From Oopsacas minuta (lineage: Eukaryota > Animalia > Porifera): DNA of 64,000 bases. The notes below the pieces were generated by a model. The model made no database searches and was not told the DNA's origin. It saw nothing but the letters and a program-made list of their open reading frames with translations. The position numbers and the translations under genes are program-made. Of this stretch, positions 1-14,238 are shown one piece after another; position 1 is the first letter of the stretch, and each line of letters begins with the position of its first letter. Where the stretch lies: positions 1,002,556 through 1,066,555 of the forward strand of contig JAKMXF010000299.1 of NCBI GenBank assembly GCA_024704765.1, written 5' to 3'.

Positions 1-2493
1 TTAATTTATACTTGAAATCTTGAAATAATCGTGAGCCTTACCAAAACAGAATGGAGGGTAAGCAAGTACACTGAATCCTAATTTTACCTTTTTCAGTTTC
101 TCAAAGTCTGTAAATTTCGAAATTGATATGATCTTTACAACCTGTTCTCAGATCTCGATAAACTATATTCTGACAGCTTCTATTTATATTTTGTTATCAT
201 ACCATTTTTATCATTTCCTATGCCTAGTGCTACATAGTGATAACATCTCCACTTCCCCTCAAGTGCTTCTTTATACATCTGTGTTTTAGCTTCCTAACTC
301 ATATAGCCACAGTTTACCAGCCAATACACGAATTTTGTACTTGCAGCAGTTTAAATAGCTTACTTGAGGTAACATACCAAATATTTGAAGTGTGGGGCAG
401 CCTGTTCTACTAATTTGGGAGTACAATTGCTTGAATACCCTAGGGCCACATATATGCAGTATAGATCTATATTTCCTGGAGGCATACTGTATATTTCTCA
501 GAAAATTTGCAAAAATGTTTGCGAAATTGAAAAGAAAATTTCGGAAAATCAGACCTAATGGAGCTAATCTGAATATATTTTTGGAATCAAAATAATATAT
601 AGTCCCTGATCGGAATGAAAATAATGTGTGGTTTGTTCATGCAACAAAATTGCCCATGATCAGTGTTATAGGAAAGTCAAACTGACATGATACTTTTGTA
701 TCTATTTGAATAATTGCATCTTCTGATGATTCTGCTTCTGAGATACCAGCTCTGGTTTTGGAAGTGTTTAACCCGTGCTTATTGGAGATGTTATATGATT
801 GAGAAGTTAAATTCTCGCCAAGCACAGATAAGCGAGTCTGTAGCTTCTGTAGTTTATAGTTTCAGTATTTGTTGTTGGTCCTGCCAGCTGTAATATTTCC
901 GTCCCTTCCTTGTCCCCTTCAGAATACATTTTGTTTATTTTCGAAAAGTGTTAACCCGATTCACGATCTATATGCACGTATACATTATAATCTAGATATA
1001 TTTTGCATATATAATCAATTCCACGATGATATTATGGTTCTTCGGGTAACTGAATATGTAGAAATTCTCGCTTTGGCTGAAGAGGTAGAGAAACAGATGT
1101 TTGATTGTCCTCCAAGATTGATCTACAATTGCTGATGGTTTAATTATCCGTTTGAAATCAAGTCTAATGTATTTATGCTTCCTCCTGAGATGTCCATTTA
1201 AATTATGGTTATAATGCAAATATTTAGCTACAAATTGTTCTTTCATTAATTATTTCACATGATAAAAAACATTAATATAAAATACTTACCGTTCCCCTTT
1301 ACCAAATATAGTGCAGCCCCAGATAATTACATATATATTTTTTCTTAAATTAAGATTTTTTATATGTTCTAAATGGGTGACAATAGTCTACGATTGCTTT
1401 CCTAGTTCAACTTGGTGATGATCTCTGTAAGTACAAGGATGCTTCATTATGAATATGCAAAGAAATTGATAATTTTCCAATGCGTGGTATATACATTTTT
1501 AGAAAGAAGGATTACACTGCTGATTCTAGTATATAACCCAAACAAATATAAACTTCATGTGAAGGCTGGTTCTGCAGATTTGGTAGCCGTTGATGAGTTG
1601 ATTTGTTTAGTGTTCGTAGGTTTTTCGAAGTATAAGCTAAATCCCATATTTTGTTCAGACGAAACCGAGTGATAATTCAAAGTCTCTCCACTTTCACTTT
1701 AGATTTATTAAGAAACATGAAGAGCACGAGTTTGAGTGGATACATCGAGAATTACTCATTTACTGGTTGCTAATGCAGATGGTATTGACAAAATTGACTT
1801 GCTGATGATTCGTAAATGGAGAAAACGAGAGCTATTGAGAATAATTCCGATCCCACAGTTCATTATTTATCCAATTCTAGTCCTTGTATGGCTCAATTGA
1901 TTTTTTACTTCAAATCCAATACAAGTCCTTCTGTTTAACAATGCGACTTTCATTCACCTCAGGTCTCAAACTATGTGTGCGTTTTCTCTCATTGAGATAT
2001 TATTTCTCCCAGAAAATCCGAGGCGCCTGGATATTTTTTAGCTGTATACATCTCTACATCTTGTATAAATATATTTGTAGAATATTATTGCAACTTTTCG
2101 ATGACTCTATATAGAAAATATTGTTTAGTATATTTAATTGGAATAATGTATTAGTTTCTCACAAATTTTCATCTTCCAATTTCAAAGGTGTTAATTTCAT
2201 TAATTGAAAATTTCCTTTAAATGACATTGGAATGCTTTCTTTACAGAGTGCTTACGTCTCGGGGAATACTGATGTGAATGCTTAGAAATTCGCATAAATA
2301 TTCTATACATTACTTAGAATCCAAATCTGTATATATAATTTGAGGATTCTTAATTGATAAGTTTTTTCTTATGTTTGATTTCCAATGTTTGGCAGCAACT
2401 TGACTAGTTTGACACCTTTGAAATGTCAAAATTTATAGTTATTGTGATAAATTTATGTATAACATATTCATTTCCCTTTTTAATACGCTGAAC

Positions 2494-5400
2494 CATAGCC
2501 TACTAAATATAAGGCCTAACAGTAACTTCATTTTTTTGTACCAGGATAAGTTATTAGCTGATTATATTAACTACCCATTTTCTATTTTCAAAACTTCTGA
2601 TTATTAATTAACCATACTGTTTAAATTCATTATAATAGTTATATATTGAAATACAAATCTTTCACTGATATACTCTAGTTACTAGTAATGATATTCCATC
2701 ACATACCTATGGCATTTTATAATCCATTTCTGCTCACTATTAGCTTGTATATTGTATCTCTGATGCCCAGTGCCTGTTCTGTCCCGGGTTGCACAAGTAA
2801 TTACTACCCAGATGACAGAGTGCATATTCAGAATGCCAGAGAATCCATCTGAACTTAAACGTGCTTGGGTACGCGCTCTTCACCGTGAAGATATTGATCG
2901 TCTCAAGGTTGCTAATGTATGTATCAAGCATTTCCGTGAAGAAGATGTTGAGTATTTTCATAAGGTTCCCAATGGTGACGGTACTTTCACTAGTGTACCT
3001 CGCGATAAACTTAAGCTGAAAGAAGGGGCAATTCCCTGTTTACTTCCTGGTTACCCCTCTTATTATTCATCAACATTGACAAGTAAACGTACTCGTTTGT
3101 CTTATGAATCAAAAGAGAAAGAAATGTTGAATCAAACCATTCAGCTTAGTCTAAAATCTGAGAGTGGAGCCAAACACAATTTCATCATTAGAAATTTACA
3201 GGATCTGAAAGCTAAGTTGAATTATATTGTGTTACCAGACAATTGGTTAGTATGGCATACTGACAATTCTAGTACACGGTTTATTCTTCCTCGTCTTATT
3301 GAAAAAACTATTCAGTAAATTTATATCTAGAAATAAATTCATTTTTATCTGTTTCAGCCTGGTTCTATGGACAAAGCATACCTACTTCTCTTAATTCAAT
3401 TACTGATATTCGACAAATTGAATCATTATTACATCAAATTTCCTCAAAAATTGTATCTGATGATCATCATACTAAATCACATTCATTTCATATTCCTCGC
3501 GCTAAACAACACATAGAGAAGGTTATTGATTTAGCTAGCATAAAGGATAGCGAAAACTATTCTTCCTCAGTTATAGCCAAGCTCCAATTTATCCTCTGTC
3601 AATTAGACAATATATTTATTCCAAAGAACAGGCGAAGGTACAATATAATTACACAAGTCATGTCAATTAAGACTCATTTCATTTCTCCACCATGTTATGT
3701 ATATCTCCAGGGTTTAGAGTGTCTTTCTCTACCGCATGTTCAGACATTAAATACATTGTATTCTTCGTTTGGCATTGAAAACGATTTCTCTACGTATCTC
3801 TCCCAAGCTACTTCTTCCTTCAGTTCATTGGAGAGAAATGTTATAGTTCAAATGGATGAAATACACGTTAAATCTGATATTACGTATAAAGGAGGGAAAA
3901 TCTTTGCTCCTAATTTAGACCCAGAGGACCCAACCAGAACTGTGTTTGCGGTAATGGTATCTAGTTTACATAAGAAATGGTCTTGTATTTCACGTTTATT
4001 ACCATGTGGTTCTATTTCCGCTGAAAAGATATTTCCCATCATCAAAGAGTGTATCATTGATATTGAGAATTGTGGTTTACGTGTACAGATAATTTCAACT
4101 GGCAATTATCCTTTGAGTGTAAATCTTTTCAAGCTATTTTCTATGAGTGGCAAATTGGAAACTAGGGTGCCTCACCCATTTGATCCTACCAGATTTCCCT
4201 TCCTCACATTCGATTTTGTTCATATTTTAAAAATTATACGTAATAATTGGTTGAATCAGAAGAATTTTGATAAGACAATGTATTTCTCCAAGTTGGAAGA
4301 TTTTAAGATTGATTAATGCCAGTACCCCCTTTGTCTCCATTCAGTATCTTTTCAAGATGTACGCCTTCTATACAGCTCTGAAAGAGGAAGTTTAGCGAAA
4401 CTGGCTCCTCAGTTAACAGCGAAAGCTTGTTTTCCTTCTAGTATAGAAAGACAGAATGTCAGATTGGTTCTGGAGGTTTTTAATGGTCTAACACTATCTG
4501 CTCTTGAGATTCAAAATTGCAAACGTTGTGAAGAATATCGTAATAATACCTCTACGTTTGTAGAATCCTTCTTACTCTGTGGAAAACATTCAATGTTAGT
4601 GCACCCTTCAAAGGCATCCGTTTAAATGACAATCTCTCAACACCCTTGATCTTACACGATGAGCATTTCATATATTTAGCTCGTATAGTATATTGGCTAG
4701 ATGCTTGGCAGTCCTTACCTGGAAAATCAGGTAAATTGAGTAAGCAAACGTACACTAGTTTGAAACACGCTTGTATTGCTTTAGAACAGATAACAAACTA
4801 TCTAACTGAGTCTTGTGGATTTTCTTATGTTTTGTCTGCATTTTTGCAAACAGACCCATTGGAACATCATTTTGGACTCTATCGTATGATGGTTGGTTCG
4901 AATTATCATATTTCCTACATTCAAATTCTTGAATCCGAGCGTCGTCTTAAGCTCTCTAACATCCTAAAAATGTTTTCTGACCAACAAGACTCTTGTCAAT
5001 CCATACATACTTTTGCCAAATCTTTTACTTCACCCTTTAGTACTTCTAGTGATGACCAAATGGATCTTAAGCCATATCTTGATGGAATTGGTGATGTATT
5101 ATCAATTGAATACACTCAATAGATACTCCAGTCGTTAGCTTTTATCGGAGGATATTCGGTCTATAAATTCTTGAAAGGGTTTTAAGAGTGTAGATTATAC
5201 ACTGATACGCTAATTTACGATAAAGAATTTATTCCTGATAGTGATTCCATTTCTCAATTCAAGCTCTTGTAATTAACAGATCGAGGGGGGCTCAAATATC
5301 CATCTGAGCATGTTCTTAGCTCTGTCATTACTCTCTGGAGGGTTCAATTTGCTATTGAGGACAATGATCATTTGGCGAATCTACTTGTACACGGTCCAGT

Positions 5401-5887
5401 TAGAAAAGTATTAGTTGAGCTCACATTGAATACATGGAAGATGATGCAAGTATTGATATCTGGAAATCAAACTGTCCTATCTGTAATGTTACTAGATGGG
5501 ATATCTTACGTAAACTTATTTTTACTACTACTAATTGCTTTCTGGCCAACAAGATTAAGAACTATAATTCATTTGTAACTTCTAGGGGTATAGAAAAACG
5601 TAAACTGAAAAAGTTCTCATAATTTTGTGAAGTGTATGTATTATTATTGTAATTGTATGTATTTACATTTATTATTTATGTTGATTGGGTTTTTGTCCAA
5701 TAACATTAGTTTCAATGAACTTCAAATAGAATTTCAATATCTTAGTTTAATACCAGCGAGGGATTATTAATAACACTTGAGAAAACATTTTGATTAGATT
5801 TTTAAGACAATAACAGAATTCTCCAATATCAGCTAATAACGCATCCCTGGTACTTTTACTGTTATGCCTTATATTTAGTAGGATATG
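2494..5887 (+). mobile_element. P-element superfamily DNA transposon, full length, defective
   Basis: 32-bp TIRs CATA(G/T)CCTACTAAATATAAGGC(C/A)TAACAGTAA at 2494-2525 and 5856-5887 (2 mismatches). 7-bp TSD GCTGAAC at 2487-2493 and 5888-5894. Internal THAP-P transposase. Confidence 0.93.
2763..5622 (+). pseudogene. THAP-domain P-element (THAP9-like) transposase pseudogene
   Basis: ATG at 2763 gives MPSACSVPGC (THAP C-x4-C), frameshifting into RAWVRAL..VCIKHF. Core motifs IVQMDEIHVK, FDFVHILK and FLQTDPLEHHFG are spread over ORFs 2770, 3660, 4646 and 5434, with several stops and frameshifts. Confidence 0.92.
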
Positions 5888-7465
5888 GCTGAACATATTT
5901 TCTATGTAGTTTCACAGCATATCTGTATACAACTGTCTCTGCACATTAGTTTTATAATTCCGCATAAATATGACATATGAAGTAATAAGTTCAATATATA
6001 TTAGTTAAAGTACATCTGAAACCTATTTTTCCATTGAGGCATGACTTGCGTCGCAGAGTAATTCTTGTTCCAATCTTTCCTTGCATGCTCCACAACAGAT
6101 TGCGTATCTACAAGACGAATATCCTTCTATTCGATCTTTCTTGTGGACAGAGTACGTATACAGTTTTTGCATGTTGATGTTTCATTTTATCATGATATTC
6201 CGAATCATCAGAAACGACATAATCAGAGATTTGTGCCCGATTGTACTTCAATATTCATCCACCTGATACTCCACCAACAACTATATTAATTTGACTTCCA
6301 AAGATACTCTTTTATCCTTATACTTTATTGGGTTATGATATTTTGTCAATTGCAACATAGAGAAATATTTTTCGAACTAACGACTAGATGCTGAGTCGAA
6401 CTAATGCAGCGTACCCAGTAATTATGTTCATTATGACCGTAAGTGAATTAGTTTGTATGTTAAGACTTGATTGAACAAACTGGAATACCCCCAGGGCTGA
6501 TTTTTGCCATACTGGGGTCTTTTGGACCTGCCTTAGAAAGTCTTAAATTTTACAACGATGACGAATTTATCTCGTATTTGTCACCTTTCTCGATTTCGAA
6601 AATTCAAATTATTAGACACTACTCAGCAAATGTACATATAGATGGTTGAAATTTGAATCAAAGAGATGTAGTGGCTCCATTATAACCACAGAAATTCATT
6701 TAATGTAAATTGGATTACTATATATAATGTGATTTTCAATTTGAGCATTTCGAATCACATAGTGCCAAGTATATTTCGTCGCGTAGTTACCCAAATGATC
6801 AAGTTATTTATCTGATTCATGCTTAAGATATATCAGAGGTACAGAGTCGAACCGAAGCAACTTACCAGCGAAAGCGCTCTAGTTTATATTTATTTAGATA
6901 CAATTTATTCTTTTTGATTTAGGATTTGACTGGAAGCGCAAATAATTTTACTTCTGACGATGTTGAGACCATAATAAATAAAGAACCCAACAATGTGGAG
7001 GAAAAGTAATTATTAGATGATGTATCCAGTTTACCTAAAGATGTATATGTTTTTATTTCTATGTAATGTTTTTTTTGTTAAATCTGTTTTAATTATATAA
7101 CCTTTGAACTTATATTTTGGGATTGGACAGTACGGTTGAGACATCCAAAGTAGATCATGATCATTATTTTATATCAGTTCAGTACCATAAGTCGTTCGCT
7201 ACGGGACCGATAAGTGAAGCTATCCAAATCACGGACGGATCACTTTTGAGATTATTAGTTTATTTTGAAGGTACTTTATAAATGCATTTTTGAGCAATTA
7301 TAATGACTTTCTCATCTTTCATCGTTGTTTTCTAATAAATTTACGAATTTTGGAATTTATTTGACTATATGTTTACTTTTTCGGTCGTAGAAATTTAGGC
7401 CCAGCCAAGACCGAACCATAGTCATTTCAATAGACATTAACATTAACTATACTATAATTTCAATA

Positions 7466-8014
7466 CAATGGAAGCTGCTTAATCGGGAAAGCTGAGGAGT
7501 CAATGCTTTGTCCCGGTTAACCGATTGTCCCGATTAACTGATCATGATTTTTTAAGTATTCAATATATTTTTCGTGTTCTCATGACTATAAATATCTTAA
7601 TCACCGCTACTAATATCATGACTATAGGGTCTAGCAAAGATGATTCGTTGTATTAAGCATATACAGGTTTAGGTTGTATATACTATGCAAATTCCTTGTT
7701 ATAAAAACAGACCATTTTACAAATGGTTCTGACTATATATCTCGATTTCATTAAAAACTTTCTATACCATAACTAGAATCGCTTAAGTGGGATTGAAATC
7801 CAAATTAGCAATTATAATTATCGAAATATTCGGATTATCATGATAGAAGTCCAGAATATGAGCGATAATAATTTTAAAATAATATGTAATCGGGAAAAGA
7901 AATCCCGAATAACCGATTCGATCTCCCAAATATCCGATGATATTTGCATGTAAAAATATGTTCCCAAAACTTTATTCCGTTTGAACGGATATCACGATTA
8001 TGCGGCTTCCACTG
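7466..8014. mobile_element. Tc1/mariner (pogo/Tigger-like) MITE
   Basis: Termini CAATGGAAGCTGCTTAATCGGGA and, reverse-complemented, CAGTGGAAGCCGCATAATCGTGA. TA on both flanks (7464-65, 8015-16). Same family as 39430 and 46650. Confidence 0.8.
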
Positions 8015-8245
8015 TACTGAAATTATTTTATCAATGTAATGTATAATCTCTGTGACCCACCAGTGGGTCACACAGTAAATTAGGAATAACACTATCACCC
8101 ACCGTGTCACCAGTTGCGAATCTTTTAATAGTTTAAAATGCCAAATTGATATAATCAATTTAACATAAGTTGTATTGCAGTTGCAATTCAGGACTATATT
8201 CTATAAATGCAGTATGTGGAATTTAGCAATGATAACATCGATTTA

Positions 8246-9586
8246 CAGGGTGTCCCATAATTATTGTCGTATCCTTCATCTTATGTTATTATTGCCATTA
8301 ATTGAGAAAAGAAAACAATTTTTTTCCAATATATCCTCCTTTCAATTGTATACATTTATCAATACGTGCTGGCATTCCAGCAACTAGATTTTCCAAGATC
8401 AATGGATTAATGTCCCTCCAGCCACTTTTGAGATTTTCTGCTAACTGATTGAGGTTGGTTGAGGGGTTCATCTCATTCAACTTCTCCTGCAAAATATTCC
8501 ATAGATTTTCTATCGGTTTTATATCCGGTGAATTACCAAGCCATTCTCCTTTGGCCCAGAAAGCGGGCATGTTGTTTTTGCACCATTCCTGTGTGCGACT
8601 GGCAGTGTGTACTGGTGCCCCGTCTTGCATAAATATAGCCCGAGACATGTTAGCTAGTAATTTCCTGGTCAGAATGCTGCCTGCCGTTTTTGGACGACCC
8701 ACCGCAAGTCGATAAGATTCTCCAATATCTCTTCTACATAATATGGAGAGTTTACAGTCTGTTTAGGAGGAACGAAATGTAATTCTCAGAGGCCACGATA
8801 GCTCATAATGGCCCAGACCATCACTTTGGGGGGTTTTTGATAACTTCACGAAGTGGTATTTTGGAGCTGTCAGTGGACCAAACCCTATCATTTTTGGCGG
8901 GACTGGGATGAAATAGTTCATATGGTGATTCATCACTCCATAGGACTCGTTTCCACTCATCCAAATTCCAATTTTCCCTTTCAATACAAAAAATTAGCCC
9001 ATTTTCCCTCTGTTTTTCAGTCAATTTGGGAATTTTGTGTCTTTTATAGGCAGTCGCTCCAATCGTTTCCTTCAAATAGCGGTGAACAGTCGATTCAGAG
9101 ATACCATAACCCTTTCGCTTGAGTTTTATCGCGATCTTTCTAGTGAATTGACGAATTTTGCCAAGAGATTTGGATATAACTATCTTCGCCTCCCTTGTGA
9201 TCATTTTTGGGCGCCCAGCACCGACCTTATGTCCTAGATCTTGACCTCGTCTATATCGTGCCCACCAACGCTGTATCGTTCTGAGTGATTTTTCTAAGGT
9301 CTTAGCAACATCTTTCTGCACCATCCCACCGATAATCATTCCGGCTGCCCTGTTACGAAGAGTTTCGGAGGAATTTTTGACATTTAAGATTAAATATTTA
9401 AACAAGTTGATGAAATACTGGATTGTGATAAATTCACCGGAGAAAATATAAGATTCCATATAAATTCTAATGATAATTTACACTAGTACTTGAATATAAA
9501 AAACTATACAAATTGAAAGCAACCTGGAAATACTGTAAACGAATATCTACATATATCGGATACGACAATAATTATGGGACACCCAA
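8246..9586 (-). mobile_element. Tc1-like DD37E (TRT-like) transposon, defective
   Basis: 29-bp TIR CAGGGTGTCCCATAATTATTGTCGTATCC (27/29 match) with TA flanks. Transposase motifs WSDES, MQDGAP and NSPDIKPIE, with 37 residues between the second D and E. Frameshifted (ORFs 8821-9459 and 8298-8702). Confidence 0.9.
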
Positions 9587-10945
9587 TAGTGTGATAAAAT
9601 CGTAGGAATTATTTTGGAAGTCGTGTATATAATATAATTTGCATGATTCTTATGCCATAAATTTAACTGTTGCGAGTTTTAGATGAATATTAATCGAAAT
9701 TTGTCATCCATGGTGACTGCAATGCCTCAGGCGTGACAAATTTATATCGAAATTTTTGTATGAAAACCTCTAGATCTTCAGGTATAATTCTGGAATCTAA
9801 AGTGACATAATTCAACTCGACCAATGCTTTTGTTTGTTTGTAACTTTATTTTGCACAGTCAGCTTGCTTGCAGTGGGGCCCAAGATTGGATACTATCAAA
9901 ATATAACTGAACTTGGAGCAGAAATAGAGCCATTTAAATTTAAGCTTTACTTCGGGACAGATGATACTTCGAAAACCAAGCATGGGAATTCTCTAAATAT
10001 TTTACAATTTTAATAGTTCCAGAAAAGTTGTGCGATCCACTGAATCAATGGCTTACCTAAAACCTTGACAAGCGACGCCTGTGGCACTTTGGTCATTGAA
10101 TCTAGTAAGTATGTCGATGAAATCTGCACAAAGCTATGAGTAGAATTTAGGTGTCAAAGCCTGATTGACTTTTATAGAGCAAGTTATTGGTGGTTAGAAA
10201 AGAACATGGATCCAAAATTACTCATTCAAGGGATTCACACTATCAACAACAGGTAATTAGATATAGAACGGTAGTTAGAGCAATTGGTGGTTACGCAAGA
10301 TTTATCCATCGGAAAGCCTAATCCTTTTCATAAAACATGATATTATACCAATAGCGAGTGAAAGATTCATAAATTTAGAAAGAGGAGCTGAGAGGACTGC
10401 TAAACCACTTTTCAAAATCTTTCAGCTAATTCCATCAAAGTGAGGAGGATAAACTACCAAGTAATTTGGAAATAAGAGGCGCTAAGTTGCTGACAGGTGC
10501 GTATTTAAACCCGAGCCCACACGCGCCTGGGCCTGGCCATGAAATTCGATGTTGAATAAACTTAATTTTTAATTTTTTATATTTATTAGATTATGGCCTA
10601 GATCATTGTTCTACATGTGGAATTGAATAATTATAATTACCAATTTTAGATATACTTTGTAAGCTCCATAGGGATTACTCAATTATCATGTCTATTAGGG
10701 CTGTCGACAAATCCTCATTATCTAAGACCCGATATCGAATCCTTGGGCACAGAATACTCGGGTATTTGAATTACAGTGGGATTACATGCTTATTTTCTTA
10801 CCAAAAAAGCACACTAAGTCTACCCATTATACTACGATATATGTTAGTCAATCATACTAAATAGAAATATGATTTAATACAATGGATAACTAAAGACTTA
10901 TCGTATTATCTTGTCATCAACTAGTAGTAATATTCTGTCAGTCCA

Positions 10946-12832
10946 CTATTTTGTAGTATTCTTGAAATGACCTTTCAGAAATACTAATGCATCCAAGGAG
11001 GAGTCACTTAAACTAGATCTTAACTTCGTGTTGAAAAGGCCTGCTGCGGTAAATGCTCTTTCTGCTTCTACACTGGTAGGAGGGATAGTATTATAGGGAT
11101 TGTTCCAGCAACTGTAAATTAGAGGATTTACTACCAGTGGCCCCAAAAAGGCTGAATTCTTTAGCCAGAAAATAAAAGTCGTCTTCAAGAATTTTGTTTG
11201 TAGTTGTAGTTGTGGATTTGCGAATAGATTCCCTTAGTTCCTCGAGCATTAGACTTTTGGAAGGAACAAGATTCAAATTTGATAATTCAGTGGTGTTATT
11301 AATTTGTGTTGTGTTAACCTCAATAATATCATTAGCCTCCGCTTGAATTGGGTATGGACGTTTGAGTATGCCTTTAGCAATCTTTAGTAGGTCAGATTTC
11401 TTTATAGAATTATCGATAGATGCTGGATTAAGGAGATATTTCGTTAAAGCAACTATTTCAATTACTCTTCTGTCATCTATGCGTTCCTTTAGGGTTTGAA
11501 ATACATCAAGTGCCAGTTATGACCCAATATTATCAATTTGTGAATACATGAAATTAAATATTCCTTCTGCCGTTTATAGATTAGAATCTCGACTACATAA
11601 TAAAGCAACTGCGATTTCTACAGGCTTTAAACATTTGTGGATATCATCAAGCATTTTCCATTCATGTTCATAGATAGTAATGCTACATGAAACATCAATT
11701 AGTGCTTTACTTAATGGTTTTTTCAGTTCCTAAAACCTCTCAATCATAGTGAGTAAACTGCTCCATCTAGTTTTGCAATCAAGGATTAATTTCAATTCCT
11801 TTCCGTTTCGAATTTCCTTAACATAACCCTGGAGAATATCATTTTTTGTTGGAGATTTTCTAAACAACCTTGCAATTATTCTGACCTTATTTATTACGAG
11901 GTTCAAATGATGCTTTAGAATCGGAAATATGATATCTATATTATATGGGTCACAAATTTCATCATCATCATGAAGCATTTGATCGTGAAGTTCTTCATTC
12001 AATTCACCCGGTGAATTTCCGAGTATTTCAACGCTATCGTTAGTTTTGGGATCATGAAGGACATCACAAACTGCAAGATGGATGGCATGAGCAAAGCATA
12101 TTGAGTGAATTGGTTTACAAAGTTTTCCCATTTTGGTCATAACTGAGGCACCATCAGTTACCACTGCTACAACGTGTTCATTTAGATGAATATCGAATTC
12201 CTCAAGTTTAGATTCAAGAATTCCTTTTGCACTTTCGGCCGGCATGGTGTTAAATATTCTAGCAAGTCCAAGGATCCAAACTTGGAGTTTTAGATAGAGA
12301 TTGAAATTCATGTACCGTCTGTTGCAATTTGAAGTGTATTCATCAAGAGTTGTACTAAATCGAGCTTTGTTCTCGAGTATTTCAGCCAATTCTTGCTTAA
12401 TAGAAGATTTCACTTGTAAACTATATTCTCTAACTCTGATTGATATAGTAGAATGGCTCTTCGGTGGCATAAAACCCTTGCTGATAAGGATGACCTGATA
12501 AACATACTCTGGGATATTCTTAAATAACTAAATCCATCTTCCGCAGCTAATCAGGATGATATTTTCACCTAGAGATTGCTGATTAGTGTAATCAAGAAAA
12601 GAAACTTGCTTATCAGCCAGTTTGATCCTCTTACTTGAAAAGTGTCCTCCTTAGCTTCTTGAGCATCATCGAGCTTGATGTTGTGTACGGAAAATAAATG
12701 TTTTCTAAGAGCACTTGTACTTCCACCACTACAGCTGAGAATATTACCTGAAATGCATAGGGAACATTTTGCTTTTTCGTCAAATTTCTCAAAATGCTTC
12801 CAAACTAATGATTTTGATTTAGTTGTTGCCAT
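10946..12832 (-). pseudogene. hAT transposase with BED zinc finger (ZBED1/Ac-like) pseudogene
   Basis: BED finger VWKHF..AKCSLC..TSALRKHLFSVH, then FSTTLDEYTS, VVTDGASVM, CFAHAIHLAV, LILDCKTRWSSL and hATC motif IPPTSVEAERAF. Multiple frameshifts. Element ends lie somewhere near 10696-10774 and 13087; TSD not found. Confidence 0.9.
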
Positions 12833-13131
12833 TTTTATTTCAAATTGATCAGGACTAACATCAATTTAGTATTCATATACTATATATTATACATTGTTAT
12901 TGTTGATTGGTTACTTTTGAGGATTCCACTAAATATTTTACAGGATTAATTGAATTACTTCATTTATATTCAATATACAATGAACACTATACTATTCCTC
13001 TTATAATATTATATTACCCGGGTAGCGAATATTAATCGGAATATAGGAACCGAGTATACCCGCGTCTGAGAGAACCGGATCCCACTAGTATTGTATTAGA
13101 TTTGAATAGTTTTATAACTCAAAACTTATAT

Positions 13132-13206
13132 AGTTTTAGTCTGAATATTTGGTGAGATTACTCGTGTAGCACTAGAGTAATCTCACCAAATATTCAGACT
13201 AAAACT
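13132..13206. repeat. Perfect 32-bp inverted repeat with 11-nt spacer
   Basis: AGTTTTAGTCTGAATATTTGGTGAGATTACTC (13132-13163), spacer GTGTAGCACTA, then the exact reverse complement (13175-13206). Confidence 0.95.
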
Positions 13207-14045
13207 TCGCGGAACACAACAATAATATAATATTCATACTTTTTTTAACAATCTATTGGTTTCATTATTACTATTGATTCATACTTGCCAACCGTACAGT
13301 CCAATTTTATCTGACAAGATTTCCACAGCAGTTAGACCCTAACATCACAATGATGCTAGCTAGGTCACTTGTTAGAGAAAAATAGAATGTTGTTCAAAAA
13401 CAGATAAAAGGTTAGAGAGTAGTGTAGCATGATTACAATCAATTGATGGACCATGCATATTATGTAGCATGAACCAATTGAAATATTCATTATAATGGTA
13501 ATTATCAGGCGATCTGTGATAATAGTGTCACCTGAATTAACAATTCTTAGGTCAAGCCACCTGACTGGAAGAGAAATTTTGAATTTCAAAAAATCCCTCC
13601 ACAGTGTCCCATAAACGTCGATCATGTTTGGAAAAAAATTGCCCATGAAAATCGGGTAACAAAACATGTATTTTCGTTAGTGGAATTGAATGTGAAGATT
13701 CTCGAATATATTGCGAAAATCGTACATAATAGTAATGCAAGTACTCTTCTCATTCACCATGGTAAATATTCGAAATGATTACAGTTAGGGTGTTTTCCCA
13801 TTATTTTATCTTTCTTTAGGAGATTCATAAGTCAACAACGCTATGAATTATAAATATAATTAATCACCGATATAATCAAGATTACTGAATTTCCATCAGT
13901 CGTTAGTACTTTCTAAACAAATTTCCTATATCCAGAGAAGAAATCCATTTTTAAAATGAATAAATGCATGAAATTTTGGAAGACAATCTGTTTTTTTATG
14001 TTCACTTGGAATCAATTTCAAAAACTTTCAATTGAATCCTATGGT

Positions 14046-14238
14046 AAAATGCAAATTGCAACCAGTACCGACAGCTTAGTCTATTAAATTCAATTTATCT
14101 AAAACGTTGCACTGTTAATTGGAGGCACTATGAAAGGTTAGATTTAATCCAATAATACATAGTGCCTCCAATTAATAGTGCCACTTTTTAACAAATTGAA
14201 TTTAATGACTAAGCTGTCGGCGGTTGCAATTTTGTATT
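14046..14238. repeat. Imperfect foldback (palindromic MITE-like) element
   Basis: Arms AATTGCAACC..CCGACAGCTTAGTC..TTAAATTCAATTT..TTAATTGGAGGCACTATG are mirrored by CATAGTGCCTCCAATTAA..AAATTGAATTTAA..GACTAAGCTGTCGG..GGTTGCAATT. Confidence 0.8.

Noticed and set aside
392-2200. Coding-like remnants on the minus strand (also 5990-7050 and 9760-10490)
   Set aside because: Frequent stops and no recognisable motif, so they cannot be supported as features.
10696-13087. Defined TIR/TSD for the ZBED hAT
   Set aside because: Candidate ends (TAGGGCTG, CAGTGGGAT, ATCCCACTA) do not give a matching 8-bp TSD.
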